A stretch of 42,970 nt of DNA from contig JAGVZL010000011.1 of assembly GCA_018302505.1 (NCBI GenBank), positions 1-42,970 of the forward strand, written 5' to 3'. The stretch is from Candidatus Woesearchaeota archaeon. GTDB taxonomy: Archaea > Nanobdellota > Nanobdellia > SCGC-AAA011-G17 > ARS1403. A program made the position numbers and the translations under genes. Positions 34,089 through 42,789 of this stretch are shown piece by piece. Under the pieces are notes generated by a model, which saw only the letters and a program-made list of their open reading frames with translations, searched no databases and was not told where the DNA came from. Position 1 is the stretch's first letter. Each line of letters begins with the position of its first letter.

Positions 34089-34099
34089 TTTAAATATAT
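34089..34099 (-). promoter_or_regulatory. TATA-like box for tRNA-Phe
   Basis: On the minus strand AATATATTTAAATGC places a TATA box centred ~32 nt upstream of the tRNA 5' end. Confidence 0.35.
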
Positions 34100-34125
34100 T
34101 TCTATCTCCTCCATTATCGGAATCC

Positions 34126-34134
34126 TTATATAAA
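34126..34134 (+). promoter_or_regulatory. TATA-like box
   Basis: TTATATAAA is centred ~25 nt upstream of the ATG at 34155. Confidence 0.4.
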
Positions 34135-34154
34135 TAAGTTACATAAAAAACAAC

Positions 34155-34940
34155 ATGGACTGTAAAATTATTTTCTTAGGAACCGCTGGAAATAACTCAA
34201 CGTATCAGCAGTTAAAACCAGCAGGAGGCATAATATTTAAATTCAATGACAAGCAATTCCATATAGATCCTGGCCCCGGAGCTTTAATCTCAGCAAAAGA
34301 AGCTAATGTTAACCCAAAAGAAACAAATGTTTTGATAGCAACCCATAATCATCTTAATCATTTTAATGATGTTAATGCAATAATAAATGCAATGACTTCC
34401 AAAGGTATGGATAAAATAGGAACTTTAATCTTTCCGGAGTCTTTATCTGAAGAAAAATTTCAAAAAGATTTTTTAAAAGAATCTTTTTCTTTAGAAGCAA
34501 ACAAAACAAAGCCTTTTGATGATATAATCCTAAAAACACTGCCAACAAAACATAATGATATTCATGGGTTCGGTTTAAAATTTACTGCCCCAAATTTAAC
34601 AGTTACATACACTTCAGATACGGGTTATTCAAAAGGAGTTGTTGAGAACTACAAAAATTCAGATATATTAATATTAAATAACGTCTACCCTTTAAATCAC
34701 AAAAAATCAGAACATAATTTATCCTCCGAAGATTCAATAAAAATAATTAAAAAAATACAGCCCGCATTAGCTATAATAACCCATTTCTCAACAAAAATGT
34801 TAGAAGCCAATCCAATATACGAAGCCAGAGAAATTCAAAAACAAACAGAAGTTCAGACCATAGCAGCAAAAGATGGCTTAATGATTAACCCCCTATCTAT
34901 GTCTATTTCATTGAGGCAAAAAAGCTTAAATCAATACTAA
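34155..34940 (+). CDS. MBL-fold hydrolase (RNase Z/ribonuclease-like, degenerate HxHxDH)
   Basis: The motifs are IIFLGTAGN, IDPGPGAL, ATHNHLNHFND and ITHFS. Confidence 0.55.
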   Translation: MDCKIIFLGTAGNNSTYQQLKPAGGIIFKFNDKQFHIDPGPGALISAKEANVNPKETNVLIATHNHLNHFNDVNAIINAMTSKGMDKIGTLIFPESLSEEKFQKDFLKESFSLEANKTKPFDDIILKTLPTKHNDIHGFGLKFTAPNLTVTYTSDTGYSKGVVENYKNSDILILNNVYPLNHKKSEHNLSSEDSIKIIKKIQPALAIITHFSTKMLEANPIYEAREIQKQTEVQTIAAKDGLMINPLSMSISLRQKSLNQY

Positions 34941-34942
34941 TA

Positions 34943-34950
34943 TTTATAAA
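34943..34950 (+). promoter_or_regulatory. TATA-like box
   Basis: TTTATAAA is centred ~27 nt upstream of the ATG at 34974. Confidence 0.4.
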
Positions 34951-34973
34951 AGATACCTTCTACTTTTTAATAA

Positions 34974-37358
34974 ATGTTAAACCCAAAAATTTTGGAAAAA
35001 AACTGGGGTAAAGAACTGGAAAAACCCATATACGAAGAGTGGAAAAGTAAGAAAATATACAAATTTAAAAAATCAAAGAAAAAAGTCTTTTCAATAGATA
35101 CACCTCCGCCATATGTTAATACTCCGGTCCATATCGGTCAGGCAACTACTTATGTTCTAATGGATATGTTTGCAAGGTTTAAACGTATGACCGGATATGA
35201 AGTTTTATTTCCTTTGGGTTTAGACAGAAATGGTCTCCCAATAGAGATAGCCGTAGAAAAAAAATTCAATATAAAATTAACTGAAACTCCAAGAGAAAAG
35301 TTCATAGAATACTGCAATAAAGTTTTAGATGAATCTTCTCTAGCATCAACAGAATCTTTTCTTAGGTTAGGAATAGGGTTTAATTCCTGGGATATAGGAG
35401 ATGGAGTAGGAGATGTCTACCAAACAGACTCAGAAGAATACAGGACATTAACCCAAGAAACTTTTATAGATTTATACAATAAAGGACTAATATATGAAGG
35501 AGAGCAGATAACAAATTATTGTCCCGGATGTCAAACAACTATAGCGGATGCGGAAATTGAATATGAAGATATTCCAACTTTTTTTAATGATATTATCTTT
35601 AAAGTAAAGGAAACAGGTGAAAAAATTATAATTGGTACTACAAGACCTGAATTAATATCTACTTGTGGTATGATAATTTTTAATCCAGATGATAAGCGTT
35701 ACAAACATTTAGATGGCAAAACAGCAGTAACTCCACTATATAATAAAGAAGTTCCAATTAAAACGCATCCAATGGCTGATATAAACAAAGGAACCGGATT
35801 AGCGATGATGTGTTCTGCAGGAGACTTGTCAGATATTAGGTTTTTTAGGGATATGGATTTGGATGCAAAAATCGCTATTAATAAAGATGGAAAAATGAAT
35901 GAAATCTCTGGTTTCCTAAAAAGTTTAAAAGTTAAGGAAGCGAGGGAAAAAATAATAGAAACACTAAAAGAAAATAAATTATTAGTTAAACAAGTAAAGA
36001 TTAATCACCACATCCCAATATGTGAAAGGTCAAAAGATCATATTGAATTTATAAAAACAAAAGAATTCTACTTAAAACAGATTGATTATAAAGATAAAAT
36101 GAAAGAACTGGCAGAAAAACTTAATTTTTATTCTCCAAAATCAAGACAAATTTTACTGAATTGGATAGATTCTGTTTCTATTGATTGGCCTATATCAAGA
36201 CAAAGATACTATGCAACAGAAATCCCCGTTTGGAATTGCAAAAAATGTAAAGAAATAATAGTCCCTGAAAAAGGGAGATATTACCAACCATGGAAGGAGT
36301 CTTGCCCAATAAAACAATGCCCAAAATGTAAATCAAAAGAATTCCTTGGCGAAACTAGGGTTTTCGATACATGGTTTGATTCATCAATCTCGCCTTTATA
36401 CATCTTAAAATATTCAAGAGATGAAGATTTCTTTAAAAAAAATTTTCCATGCACATTAAGACCACAAGGAAAAGAGATTGTTAGAACATGGCTGTATTAT
36501 ACGGTCCTAAAATGTTACTTGCTTACAAATAAATTAATTTTCAGAGATGCATGGATAAATTACCATATAATAGATGAAAAAGGGTATAAAATGTCCAAAA
36601 GTAAAGGTAATATTATTGATCCAAAAGATGTTTTAAATAAATATGGAGCGGAACCTTTTAGACTTTGGGCAGCTGTAGAAGGAAATCTAGATAAAACAGA
36701 TTTTAGATGCAGTTTTGAAAGAATTGAAGGGGCGACTAAAACCTTAACAAAACTATGGAATGTTTCAAAATTTATTTCTATGTTCCCCCAAACAAAATCA
36801 AGCAACCTTTCAGATTCGGACAAATGGATTTTAAATGAATTAAATGAATTAATAGAATACTCTAAAAAAAAATATGAAAAATATGACTTTCACAATCCCT
36901 CAATTAAAATAAGACACTTTATTTGGGAAACACTAGCCTCTCATTATTTGGAATTAGTTAAAAGCAGAGCTTATAATTCTGAAAAACAATTTACAAAAGA
37001 AGAACAAGACTCTGCATGTTATACATTACATTATTGCTTAGATAATTTATTAAAATTATTAGCACCAATAAACCCAATGTTCACTTATAAAATTTACAAA
37101 GATCTAAGAAATAAAGACATCCATTTTGAATTATTTCCTGAAATAGGTAATAAATATAAACTTAAATTCTCTACAAAAGATCTAGAAGAATTGAATAGCA
37201 ATGTATGGAAGGCTAAAAAAGACAAAGGTCTTTCATTAAAAGAGGAAATCAAAATTTTAACAGTGCCAAACAATTTAAAAAGCATAGAAAAAGATTTAGT
37301 TAAGATTCATAACGTAAAAGAAATCAAATACTCTACAAAGTTTAATGTAGAATTCTAA
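34974..37358 (+). CDS. valS: Valyl-tRNA synthetase (archaeal type)
   Basis: The motifs are TPPPYVNTPVHIGQ (HIGH region), GLDRNGLPIE, CPGCQTTIADAEIEYED, TTRPELI, the GTGLAMMCSAGDLSDIRF editing-domain pattern and KMSKSKGN. The 794-aa size fits ValRS rather than IleRS or LeuRS. Confidence 0.8.
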   Translation: MLNPKILEKNWGKELEKPIYEEWKSKKIYKFKKSKKKVFSIDTPPPYVNTPVHIGQATTYVLMDMFARFKRMTGYEVLFPLGLDRNGLPIEIAVEKKFNIKLTETPREKFIEYCNKVLDESSLASTESFLRLGIGFNSWDIGDGVGDVYQTDSEEYRTLTQETFIDLYNKGLIYEGEQITNYCPGCQTTIADAEIEYEDIPTFFNDIIFKVKETGEKIIIGTTRPELISTCGMIIFNPDDKRYKHLDGKTAVTPLYNKEVPIKTHPMADINKGTGLAMMCSAGDLSDIRFFRDMDLDAKIAINKDGKMNEISGFLKSLKVKEAREKIIETLKENKLLVKQVKINHHIPICERSKDHIEFIKTKEFYLKQIDYKDKMKELAEKLNFYSPKSRQILLNWIDSVSIDWPISRQRYYATEIPVWNCKKCKEIIVPEKGRYYQPWKESCPIKQCPKCKSKEFLGETRVFDTWFDSSISPLYILKYSRDEDFFKKNFPCTLRPQGKEIVRTWLYYTVLKCYLLTNKLIFRDAWINYHIIDEKGYKMSKSKGNIIDPKDVLNKYGAEPFRLWAAVEGNLDKTDFRCSFERIEGATKTLTKLWNVSKFISMFPQTKSSNLSDSDKWILNELNELIEYSKKKYEKYDFHNPSIKIRHFIWETLASHYLELVKSRAYNSEKQFTKEEQDSACYTLHYCLDNLLKLLAPINPMFTYKIYKDLRNKDIHFELFPEIGNKYKLKFSTKDLEELNSNVWKAKKDKGLSLKEEIKILTVPNNLKSIEKDLVKIHNVKEIKYSTKFNVEF

Positions 37359-37367
37359 AGCAAAAAG

Positions 37368-37376
37368 TTTATAAAA
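37368..37376 (+). promoter_or_regulatory. TATA-like box of the toxin-antitoxin-like pair
   Basis: TTTATAAAA is centred ~33 nt upstream of the ATG at 37405. Confidence 0.35.
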
Positions 37377-37381
37377 TATAG

Positions 37382-37398
37382 CGTACTATAATAGTACG
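37382..37398. promoter_or_regulatory. Perfect 7-3-7 palindrome CGTACTA-TAA-TAGTACG (operator candidate)
   Basis: It lies between the TATA-like box and the ATG at 37405. Confidence 0.45.
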
Positions 37399-37404
37399 AT
37401 TATA

Positions 37405-37674
37405 ATGATTATTAAAAAAGTAGAAATTGAACGCAAAACGAAGTTTAAAATATATAACAAACATGGAATAAAATTTAATGAAGTTGAGCAGGCTTTAAAC
37501 TCAAAAAATAAATTTGTCAAGAAAACCAAAGACGAGAAATATGTGGCGTTCACAAAAACCAGCAGGCATTTAACCATAGTGTTTTCAATAACTAAAGGAA
37601 TTGCAACTATCATAGCAGCATATCCATCGTCAAGATGGCAAATTGATTTATTAAAAAGGAGGACCCAAAAATGA
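37405..37674 (+). CDS. BrnT/DUF497-like putative toxin
   Basis: The 89-aa protein has KIYNKHGIKFNEVEQAL ... HLTIVFSITKGIATIIAAYPSS, following the KHGvsFeEa...l.vv......riISa pattern. It has an ATGA overlap with the next gene. Confidence 0.45.
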   Translation: MIIKKVEIERKTKFKIYNKHGIKFNEVEQALNSKNKFVKKTKDEKYVAFTKTSRHLTIVFSITKGIATIIAAYPSSRWQIDLLKRRTQK

Positions 37675-38108
37675 AAATAGATTATGAAAATTTAAAACCT
37701 GAAGATTTGGAAAACGAAGAAGTAGAGTTAGAAATAGATAAGGATGCTTTTAAAGGACCATTAATATGTAAAACCTGTAACAAGAAAATGCAAAATACAG
37801 TAATAGATTTTGATTTGCCAGGAAAAGAGGTAACATTGCACCTAGAAGCATTTAAATGCACTAAATGCAATAAGGAATCTTTATCAGGAGATCAAGCAGA
37901 AAAATTTGATAAGATGCTGGTATTAATTGATGCTCTTAAGCAAAAAACAAAATTCAAGTTTGAAAGGGCTGCCAATTATGACGGGAAAACATGGTTTGTT
38001 AGATTCCCAAATGATTTGACAAAAACTTGGGATAAAACTATGATTACAGATATTATCCCTATTACAAATAAAGATTTTTTTATTCATATAAAAAATAAAA
38101 AAGATTAA
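37671..38108 (+). CDS. YgiT/MqsA-type zinc-ribbon protein with SpoVT/AbrB-like C-terminus (putative antitoxin)
   Basis: It has CKTCNKK...FKCTKCNKESLSGDQ (CxxC...CxxC). The C-terminus is GKTWFVRFPNDLTKTWDKTMITDIIPI. Confidence 0.45.
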   Translation: MKIDYENLKPEDLENEEVELEIDKDAFKGPLICKTCNKKMQNTVIDFDLPGKEVTLHLEAFKCTKCNKESLSGDQAEKFDKMLVLIDALKQKTKFKFERAANYDGKTWFVRFPNDLTKTWDKTMITDIIPITNKDFFIHIKNKKD

Positions 38109-38109
38109 T

Positions 38110-39612
38110 ATGGAAGAACTAGACACTAAAAAGAAGTATAAACTGAAGCATTTTATTAATCATCTAAAGAGCATTAGGGGGAGGCATACTGAATTAGTCT
38201 CAGTTTATGTGCCGCAGGGAACAGAATTAATAAAAACAATCCAGCAGTTAGAGCAGGAACAGGGAACCGCTTCTAATATCAAAGATAAAAAAACGAAAAC
38301 TCATGTAATAGACTCTTTAGAAAAATTAATCCGGCATTTACGATTGTATAAACAAACTCCGGAAAATGGCTTAGCTGCCTTTGCAGGAGATACTTCTCAG
38401 ACAGAAAACAAATCAAATGTAGAAGCTTTTTCAATCGAGCCGCCATTGCCGATTAAAACAAGAATCTACCGATGCGATCAAACTTTTTTATTAGATATTT
38501 TAGAAGAACAGTTAGAGCACTCAGATTCATTTGGTTTAATTGCTATGGATAAAAGGGAAGCAACAGTAGGATTGTTAAGAGGAAGCAATGTCAAAGTATT
38601 ATCAAATATGACTTCAGGAGTGCCGGGAAAATATAAAACTGGTGGTCAATGCCTTTCTCCAGACACATTAGTTGAAATTAATAAAAGTCAAACAAAAATT
38701 AAAAATATAAAAAAAGGAGACTTGTTAAAATCTTATGATTCTAAAAATAGAAAATTTATTTTCTCAGAATGTGTAGATGTTTGGAAAGTAAAAAAGAGTA
38801 AAGTTTACAAAATTACTACAAAGAATGGTTTTACAAATGAATGCTCCAAAGACCACATATTCTTCATCACCAATAACAAAGAAAAACCAGCAGAAACTCT
38901 AACTACGGATGACTATTTATTAACGTATGAGAATTCAGAGATTATTTCATCTAAAATTTTAAAAATAGGAATTACAAACAAACCGGCAGAGATGATAGAT
39001 ATCTCGGTTAAGAACAAAAATTTTATAGCAAATGGGATAATAGTCCATAATTCAGCCATGCGCTTTGCCCGTCTGAGAGAAGAAGCAGCCCATGATTTTT
39101 ACAAAAGGATAGCAGAGGTTGCAAATAAAGAATTCTTAGGAAAAAAAGAATTAAAAGGAATATTAGTAGGAGGGCCAGGACCGACAAAAAATGAATTTGT
39201 TGACGGAGATTGGTTAAACAACGAAGTAAAAACAAAAGTCCTTGGTATTGCGGATATAACTTATACAGATGAATTCGGCTTGCAGGATTTAATTGAAAAA
39301 TCAAAAGAATTTATTTCAGAACAGGCAATTACAAAAGAAAGAGAAATTTTAACAAAATTTTTAGAAACTTTAGGTAAGGAACCGGGAAAAGCAGTATATG
39401 GAGAAAAAGAAACAGTGAAAGCTTTAGATAACGGAGTGGTTGATGTTTTAATTATCTCAGAAAAAATAGATGATAAGTTAGCTGAAGAGTTAGAAGAAAA
39501 AGCAACCAAATATGGGGCGAGAACAGAAATAGTTTCTATAGATACTCCCGAAGGTCAGCAGTTTAAATATCTAAGCGGGATAGGAGCAATATTAAGATAC
39601 TCTATAAAATAA
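38110..39612 (+). CDS. prf1: Peptide chain release factor aRF1 containing a mini-intein
   Basis: The codon-recognition loop reads GTASNIKDKKT. The YRCDQTF region is present. The GGQ motif is split as KYKTGGQ|...|SAMRFARLREE. The C-terminal domain is eRF1 domain 3-like. Confidence 0.9.
   Translation: MEELDTKKKYKLKHFINHLKSIRGRHTELVSVYVPQGTELIKTIQQLEQEQGTASNIKDKKTKTHVIDSLEKLIRHLRLYKQTPENGLAAFAGDTSQTENKSNVEAFSIEPPLPIKTRIYRCDQTFLLDILEEQLEHSDSFGLIAMDKREATVGLLRGSNVKVLSNMTSGVPGKYKTGGQCLSPDTLVEINKSQTKIKNIKKGDLLKSYDSKNRKFIFSECVDVWKVKKSKVYKITTKNGFTNECSKDHIFFITNNKEKPAETLTTDDYLLTYENSEIISSKILKIGITNKPAEMIDISVKNKNFIANGIIVHNSAMRFARLREEAAHDFYKRIAEVANKEFLGKKELKGILVGGPGPTKNEFVDGDWLNNEVKTKVLGIADITYTDEFGLQDLIEKSKEFISEQAITKEREILTKFLETLGKEPGKAVYGEKETVKALDNGVVDVLIISEKIDDKLAEELEEKATKYGARTEIVSIDTPEGQQFKYLSGIGAILRYSIK
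38650..39051 (+). mobile_element. 134-aa mini-intein (no endonuclease domain) inserted between Q and S of GGQS
   Basis: Block A is CLSPDTLVEI, block B is ECSKDHIFF, and blocks F/G are EMIDISVKNKNFIANGIIVHN, followed by +1 Ser. Excision restores GGQSAMRFARLR. Confidence 0.85.
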
Positions 39613-39620
39613 CCTAAATC

Positions 39621-39628
39621 TTTAAAAA
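39621..39628 (+). promoter_or_regulatory. TATA-like box for the histone gene
   Basis: TTTAAAAA is centred ~27 nt upstream of the ATG at 39651. Confidence 0.4.
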
Positions 39629-39650
39629 CAACTTAATATTACATTAAAAT

Positions 39651-39848
39651 ATGTCATTACCATTAGCAGCTATGGAAAGATTATTGAAAAAAGCAGGTGT
39701 AGAAAGAGTTAGTGAAGAAGCAAAGATTACTTTAAAAGAAATTCTGGAGTCCCACGCCAATAATGTAAGTCAAAAAGCATGGGAAATGGCAAAACATGCC
39801 AAAAGAAAAACATTAAAATCAGACGACCTAAAATTAGCAAGTAAGTAA
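39651..39848 (+). CDS. Archaeal histone (HMf-type histone fold)
   Basis: The 65-aa protein reads LPLAAMERLLKKAGVERVSEEAKITLKEILE...AKHAKRKTLKSDDLKLA. Confidence 0.85.
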   Translation: MSLPLAAMERLLKKAGVERVSEEAKITLKEILESHANNVSQKAWEMAKHAKRKTLKSDDLKLASK

Positions 39849-39850
39849 CA

Positions 39851-39860
39851 TTTAAAAATA
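39851..39860 (+). promoter_or_regulatory. TATA-like box for scpB
   Basis: TTTAAAAATA is centred ~26 nt upstream of the ATG at 39881. Confidence 0.4.
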
Positions 39861-39880
39861 ACCTTTCTTTCTCAAAGAAT

Positions 39881-40501
39881 ATGGAGTTAGAACAATATAA
39901 AAAACAGATAGAAGCAGTACTTTTCACAGTAGGCAGACCTTTAACAACTAAGGAAATTGCAGAATTGCTTAATCTAGGCTCTGAAGGCATGGTAAAGAAA
40001 GCAGTTTCTCAATTATTTGATGAGTACAAAATAAAAGATTCAGCTTTGGAAATCTTACAGGATGGAGAGAAATACAGGATGAATATTAAAGGCGAACATC
40101 TGCATCTAGTCCAAAACCTAATGCCCATAACAGAATTAGACAGACCAACTATGGAAACATTAGCAATAATAGCTTGGAAACAGCCGATTTTACAGTCAGA
40201 TGTTGTAAGGATAAGGGGAAATAAAACTTATGAACATATGAAAGTCTTAGAAGAAAGTGAATTTGTATCAACAACCCCAACAGGATTGTCTAAAACAATA
40301 AAATTAACTCCCAAATTTTACCAATATTTTGATACCAACAAAGACCAAATTCAGAAACAATTGGAGGAGGAAGCAGCTAAAAACCTGCCAGATTTGCCAG
40401 ATGAATCTCCATCAATTGTTCCGTCTGATGAGATGCCTCAAATGCCAGGCCAGGGAATCAGTTCTGGTGAAATGCAATTAAAGGAAAAGAAGAAAAAATA
40501 A
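39881..40501 (+). CDS. scpB: Segregation and condensation protein B-like (ScpB)
   Basis: IEAVLFTVGRPLTTKEIAELL... and LETLAIIAWKQPILQSDVVRIRG form two wHTH repeats typical of ScpB. Confidence 0.7.
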   Translation: MELEQYKKQIEAVLFTVGRPLTTKEIAELLNLGSEGMVKKAVSQLFDEYKIKDSALEILQDGEKYRMNIKGEHLHLVQNLMPITELDRPTMETLAIIAWKQPILQSDVVRIRGNKTYEHMKVLEESEFVSTTPTGLSKTIKLTPKFYQYFDTNKDQIQKQLEEEAAKNLPDLPDESPSIVPSDEMPQMPGQGISSGEMQLKEKKKK

Positions 40502-40505
40502 TACA

Positions 40506-41585
40506 ATGTTTAGCTTCTTAAAAGACAAAATAAAGAAAGCAGTTGATAGTGTTAGTGAGAAATTTAAGAAAGAAGAAGAAATCCCAGTAGTAGAAGAAAT
40601 CAAAGAAAAACCTAAAAAAAAATTAAAAGAAGAATTAAAAAAGAAAATAGAGGAAAAGAAGAAAGAAATTCAGGAAGAAATAAAGAGAGAAAACTTACAG
40701 GATGAAATTCAGGAAAAAGGATTTTTAAAAAAACTTTCTGAAAAAATAACTACAAGAAAAATCTCGGAAGAAAAATTTGAATCTTTATTTTCAGAATTAG
40801 AAATGGCCTTATTGGAGAATAACGTAGCTTTAGAGGTAATAGACAAAATTAAGGAAGACATGAAAATAGATTTAGTTGACACCCCGCTTTCAAGAGGCAA
40901 TATTGAAGATCAAATTAAAAACTCGCTAAAAAATTCCATCTCAGATTTATTTGAGAAAAGCTTTGATATTTTAGACAAGATGAATAAAAAACCATATGTT
41001 ATTTGTTTTGTTGGAATTAATGGTTCAGGAAAAACAACAAATTTAGCCAAGGTAGCAAACTATCTCCAAAAAAATAAAAAAACCTGCATATTTTCCGCTT
41101 CAGATACTTTTAGGGCAGCAGCAATACAACAATTAGAAATTCATGGTAAGAAATTAGGGGTTAAAGTAATAAAACATAACTATGGCTCTGATCCTGCTGC
41201 AGTTGCCTATGATGCAATTGAATATGCAAAAAAACATAAGATAGATGCAGTATTGATTGACACATCTGGAAGGTTGCATTCTAATGAGAATTTAATGGCT
41301 GAATTAAAGAAGATAATAAGAATATCTAATCCGGATTTAACAATATTTGTTGGAGAAGCGATAACAGGAAATGATGCAGTGGAGCAGGCCAAAACATTTA
41401 ATGAACAAATAGGTTTAGACGGCATTATTTTATCTAAACAGGATATTGATGAAAAAGGTGGAACTGCAATTTCTATAGGTTACATAACTAAACTTCCCAT
41501 CTTATTCATTGGTTGCGGTCAGGGTATAGATGATTTAGAAGCATTTAATAAAGATAAAATCTTACAACAACTTGGGTTAGAGTAG
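40506..41585 (+). CDS. ftsY: Signal recognition particle receptor FtsY
   Basis: It has a K/E-rich N-terminus and an NG domain with VGINGSGKTTNLAKVA, DTFRAAAIQQL, IDTSGRLH and LSKQDIDEKGG. Confidence 0.9.
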   Translation: MFSFLKDKIKKAVDSVSEKFKKEEEIPVVEEIKEKPKKKLKEELKKKIEEKKKEIQEEIKRENLQDEIQEKGFLKKLSEKITTRKISEEKFESLFSELEMALLENNVALEVIDKIKEDMKIDLVDTPLSRGNIEDQIKNSLKNSISDLFEKSFDILDKMNKKPYVICFVGINGSGKTTNLAKVANYLQKNKKTCIFSASDTFRAAAIQQLEIHGKKLGVKVIKHNYGSDPAAVAYDAIEYAKKHKIDAVLIDTSGRLHSNENLMAELKKIIRISNPDLTIFVGEAITGNDAVEQAKTFNEQIGLDGIILSKQDIDEKGGTAISIGYITKLPILFIGCGQGIDDLEAFNKDKILQQLGLE

Positions 41586-41592
41586 AAAGAAT

Positions 41593-41865
41593 ATGGTGAT
41601 AAAAATGCAAGAAGAAATACTACCTTACAAATGCAGTTGCAATGGCACATTAAAAAAGAGCCATACACAAGTAGAATTTTATGGAATAGATTTTGGTGTT
41701 AAAGAGTGTGAAGTATGCACAAAGTGCGGTTCTGAATTTCTAAGTGATAAAACATTAGAGGAAATAGAGCGTGAAGTCAAAAAGAAAGGATTATTTGGAT
41801 TAGAAAAACAAGCACATATTACTAAGTCCGGGAATTCACTTGTTGTTCGCATCCCCCAGAGATAG
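41593..41865 (+). CDS. YgiT-type zinc-ribbon / SpoVT-AbrB fusion protein, interrupted at a C5 run (pseudogene or homopolymer error)
   Basis: It has KCSCNG...CTKCGSEFLSD, then KSGNSLVVRIPQR*. The AbrB-like domain continues out of frame. Confidence 0.55.
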   Translation: MVIKMQEEILPYKCSCNGTLKKSHTQVEFYGIDFGVKECEVCTKCGSEFLSDKTLEEIEREVKKKGLFGLEKQAHITKSGNSLVVRIPQR

Positions 41866-41951
41866 TTAAATTTTCTGGAATACAATATAAAGATCTTGTT
41901 AAAATATACCCAACAGCAAAAAATAAGATAGAGTTAGACCTAAAAAACTAG
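41859..41951 (+). other. Out-of-frame continuation of the AbrB-like domain of 41593..41865
   Basis: This frame reads EIVKFSGIQYKDLVKIYPTAKNKIELDLKN*. One extra C in the C5 run (41853-41857) would give ...VVRIPPEIVKFSGIQ..., the canonical SpoVT/AbrB pattern. Confidence 0.55.
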
Positions 41952-42030
41952 AATTTAATTAACCCCTTTATAGTAATTACAAAATAGAAAAGTTTATAAA
42001 CATTTAATTTCTATTAATTTAAAGATTAAA

Positions 42031-42789
42031 ATGACAACTCAACATAGAATAATTAAAGCAAGAACAGACCTTCCAATAACAGATTTACTTGTAGTTCCTC
42101 ATAGGGGAGGAGATTTAACTTTAAGATATCCTGCTTTTGGCAGAGATAGTTATTTAGGCAACGTAAGAAGCATGCAAAATGAATTTTATCATTCAGATGA
42201 ACTTCAAAGAGTAGCATTCAGACCGGCAACAACTTCTGAATCAGTTTCAGCAGTAGCTTATAAGTTTAGAGAATTAACTAAACCGGAGATATTGGATCCA
42301 TCTTGGTTGCAGCTCGGTTTGATAGTAAGGACTTCAGAAGGGGTATTTGCCAATCCTCCAAAAAATGCAGAAGGAAATCCAATAACAGATGAAGCTGAGT
42401 TAAAAGCATATTTAGACAGCTGTAGAAGAGTTAATGGAATTTATTTAGGAGATAATGATTTTGGGTTTGCACCTTATGAAACATTCGAAAGAGGAGTTCA
42501 GGAAAGTAGAACCTTTGCAGAAGGGGGTTTGGCAAAATTATTAGAGCATTCAGATGAAAGAACTGCACCTAAGCTTGGAGAAATATCATCTTCAGAAAAT
42601 TATCCAAGAGGGGTAAATGTTTTTTGGTTTGACCCCGTTGAAGAACCTGTTCTTAAAGTTTCCGTTTTAGATTCCGGCGGGGACTTTGGTCGTGGGTTGG
42701 GTGTTGTTGGCTTCATTCATGGTGACGACAGGGATGGTTATGCTTTCGGGGTACAAAAAACTGGCGAAGCCAGTCGCACCGAAAACTAA
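42031..42789 (+). CDS. Hypothetical protein (no motif recognised), GC-richer than its surroundings
   Basis: This is a 252-aa ORF. Hand-counted 60-nt samples give 38% and 52% GC against ~30% for core genes. Confidence 0.5.
   Translation: MTTQHRIIKARTDLPITDLLVVPHRGGDLTLRYPAFGRDSYLGNVRSMQNEFYHSDELQRVAFRPATTSESVSAVAYKFRELTKPEILDPSWLQLGLIVRTSEGVFANPPKNAEGNPITDEAELKAYLDSCRRVNGIYLGDNDFGFAPYETFERGVQESRTFAEGGLAKLLEHSDERTAPKLGEISSSENYPRGVNVFWFDPVEEPVLKVSVLDSGGDFGRGLGVVGFIHGDDRDGYAFGVQKTGEASRTEN

Noticed and set aside
38275-38286. The aRF1 codon-recognition motif reads NIKD instead of the usual NIKS, raising the idea of stop-codon reassignment
   Set aside because: TAA, TAG and TGA all terminate ORFs in this window. 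fen, trm5 and ftsY end in TAG, and the 597-aa secreted protein and the BrnT-like gene end in TGA. Conserved genes are full length with the standard code, so I see no evidence of recoding.
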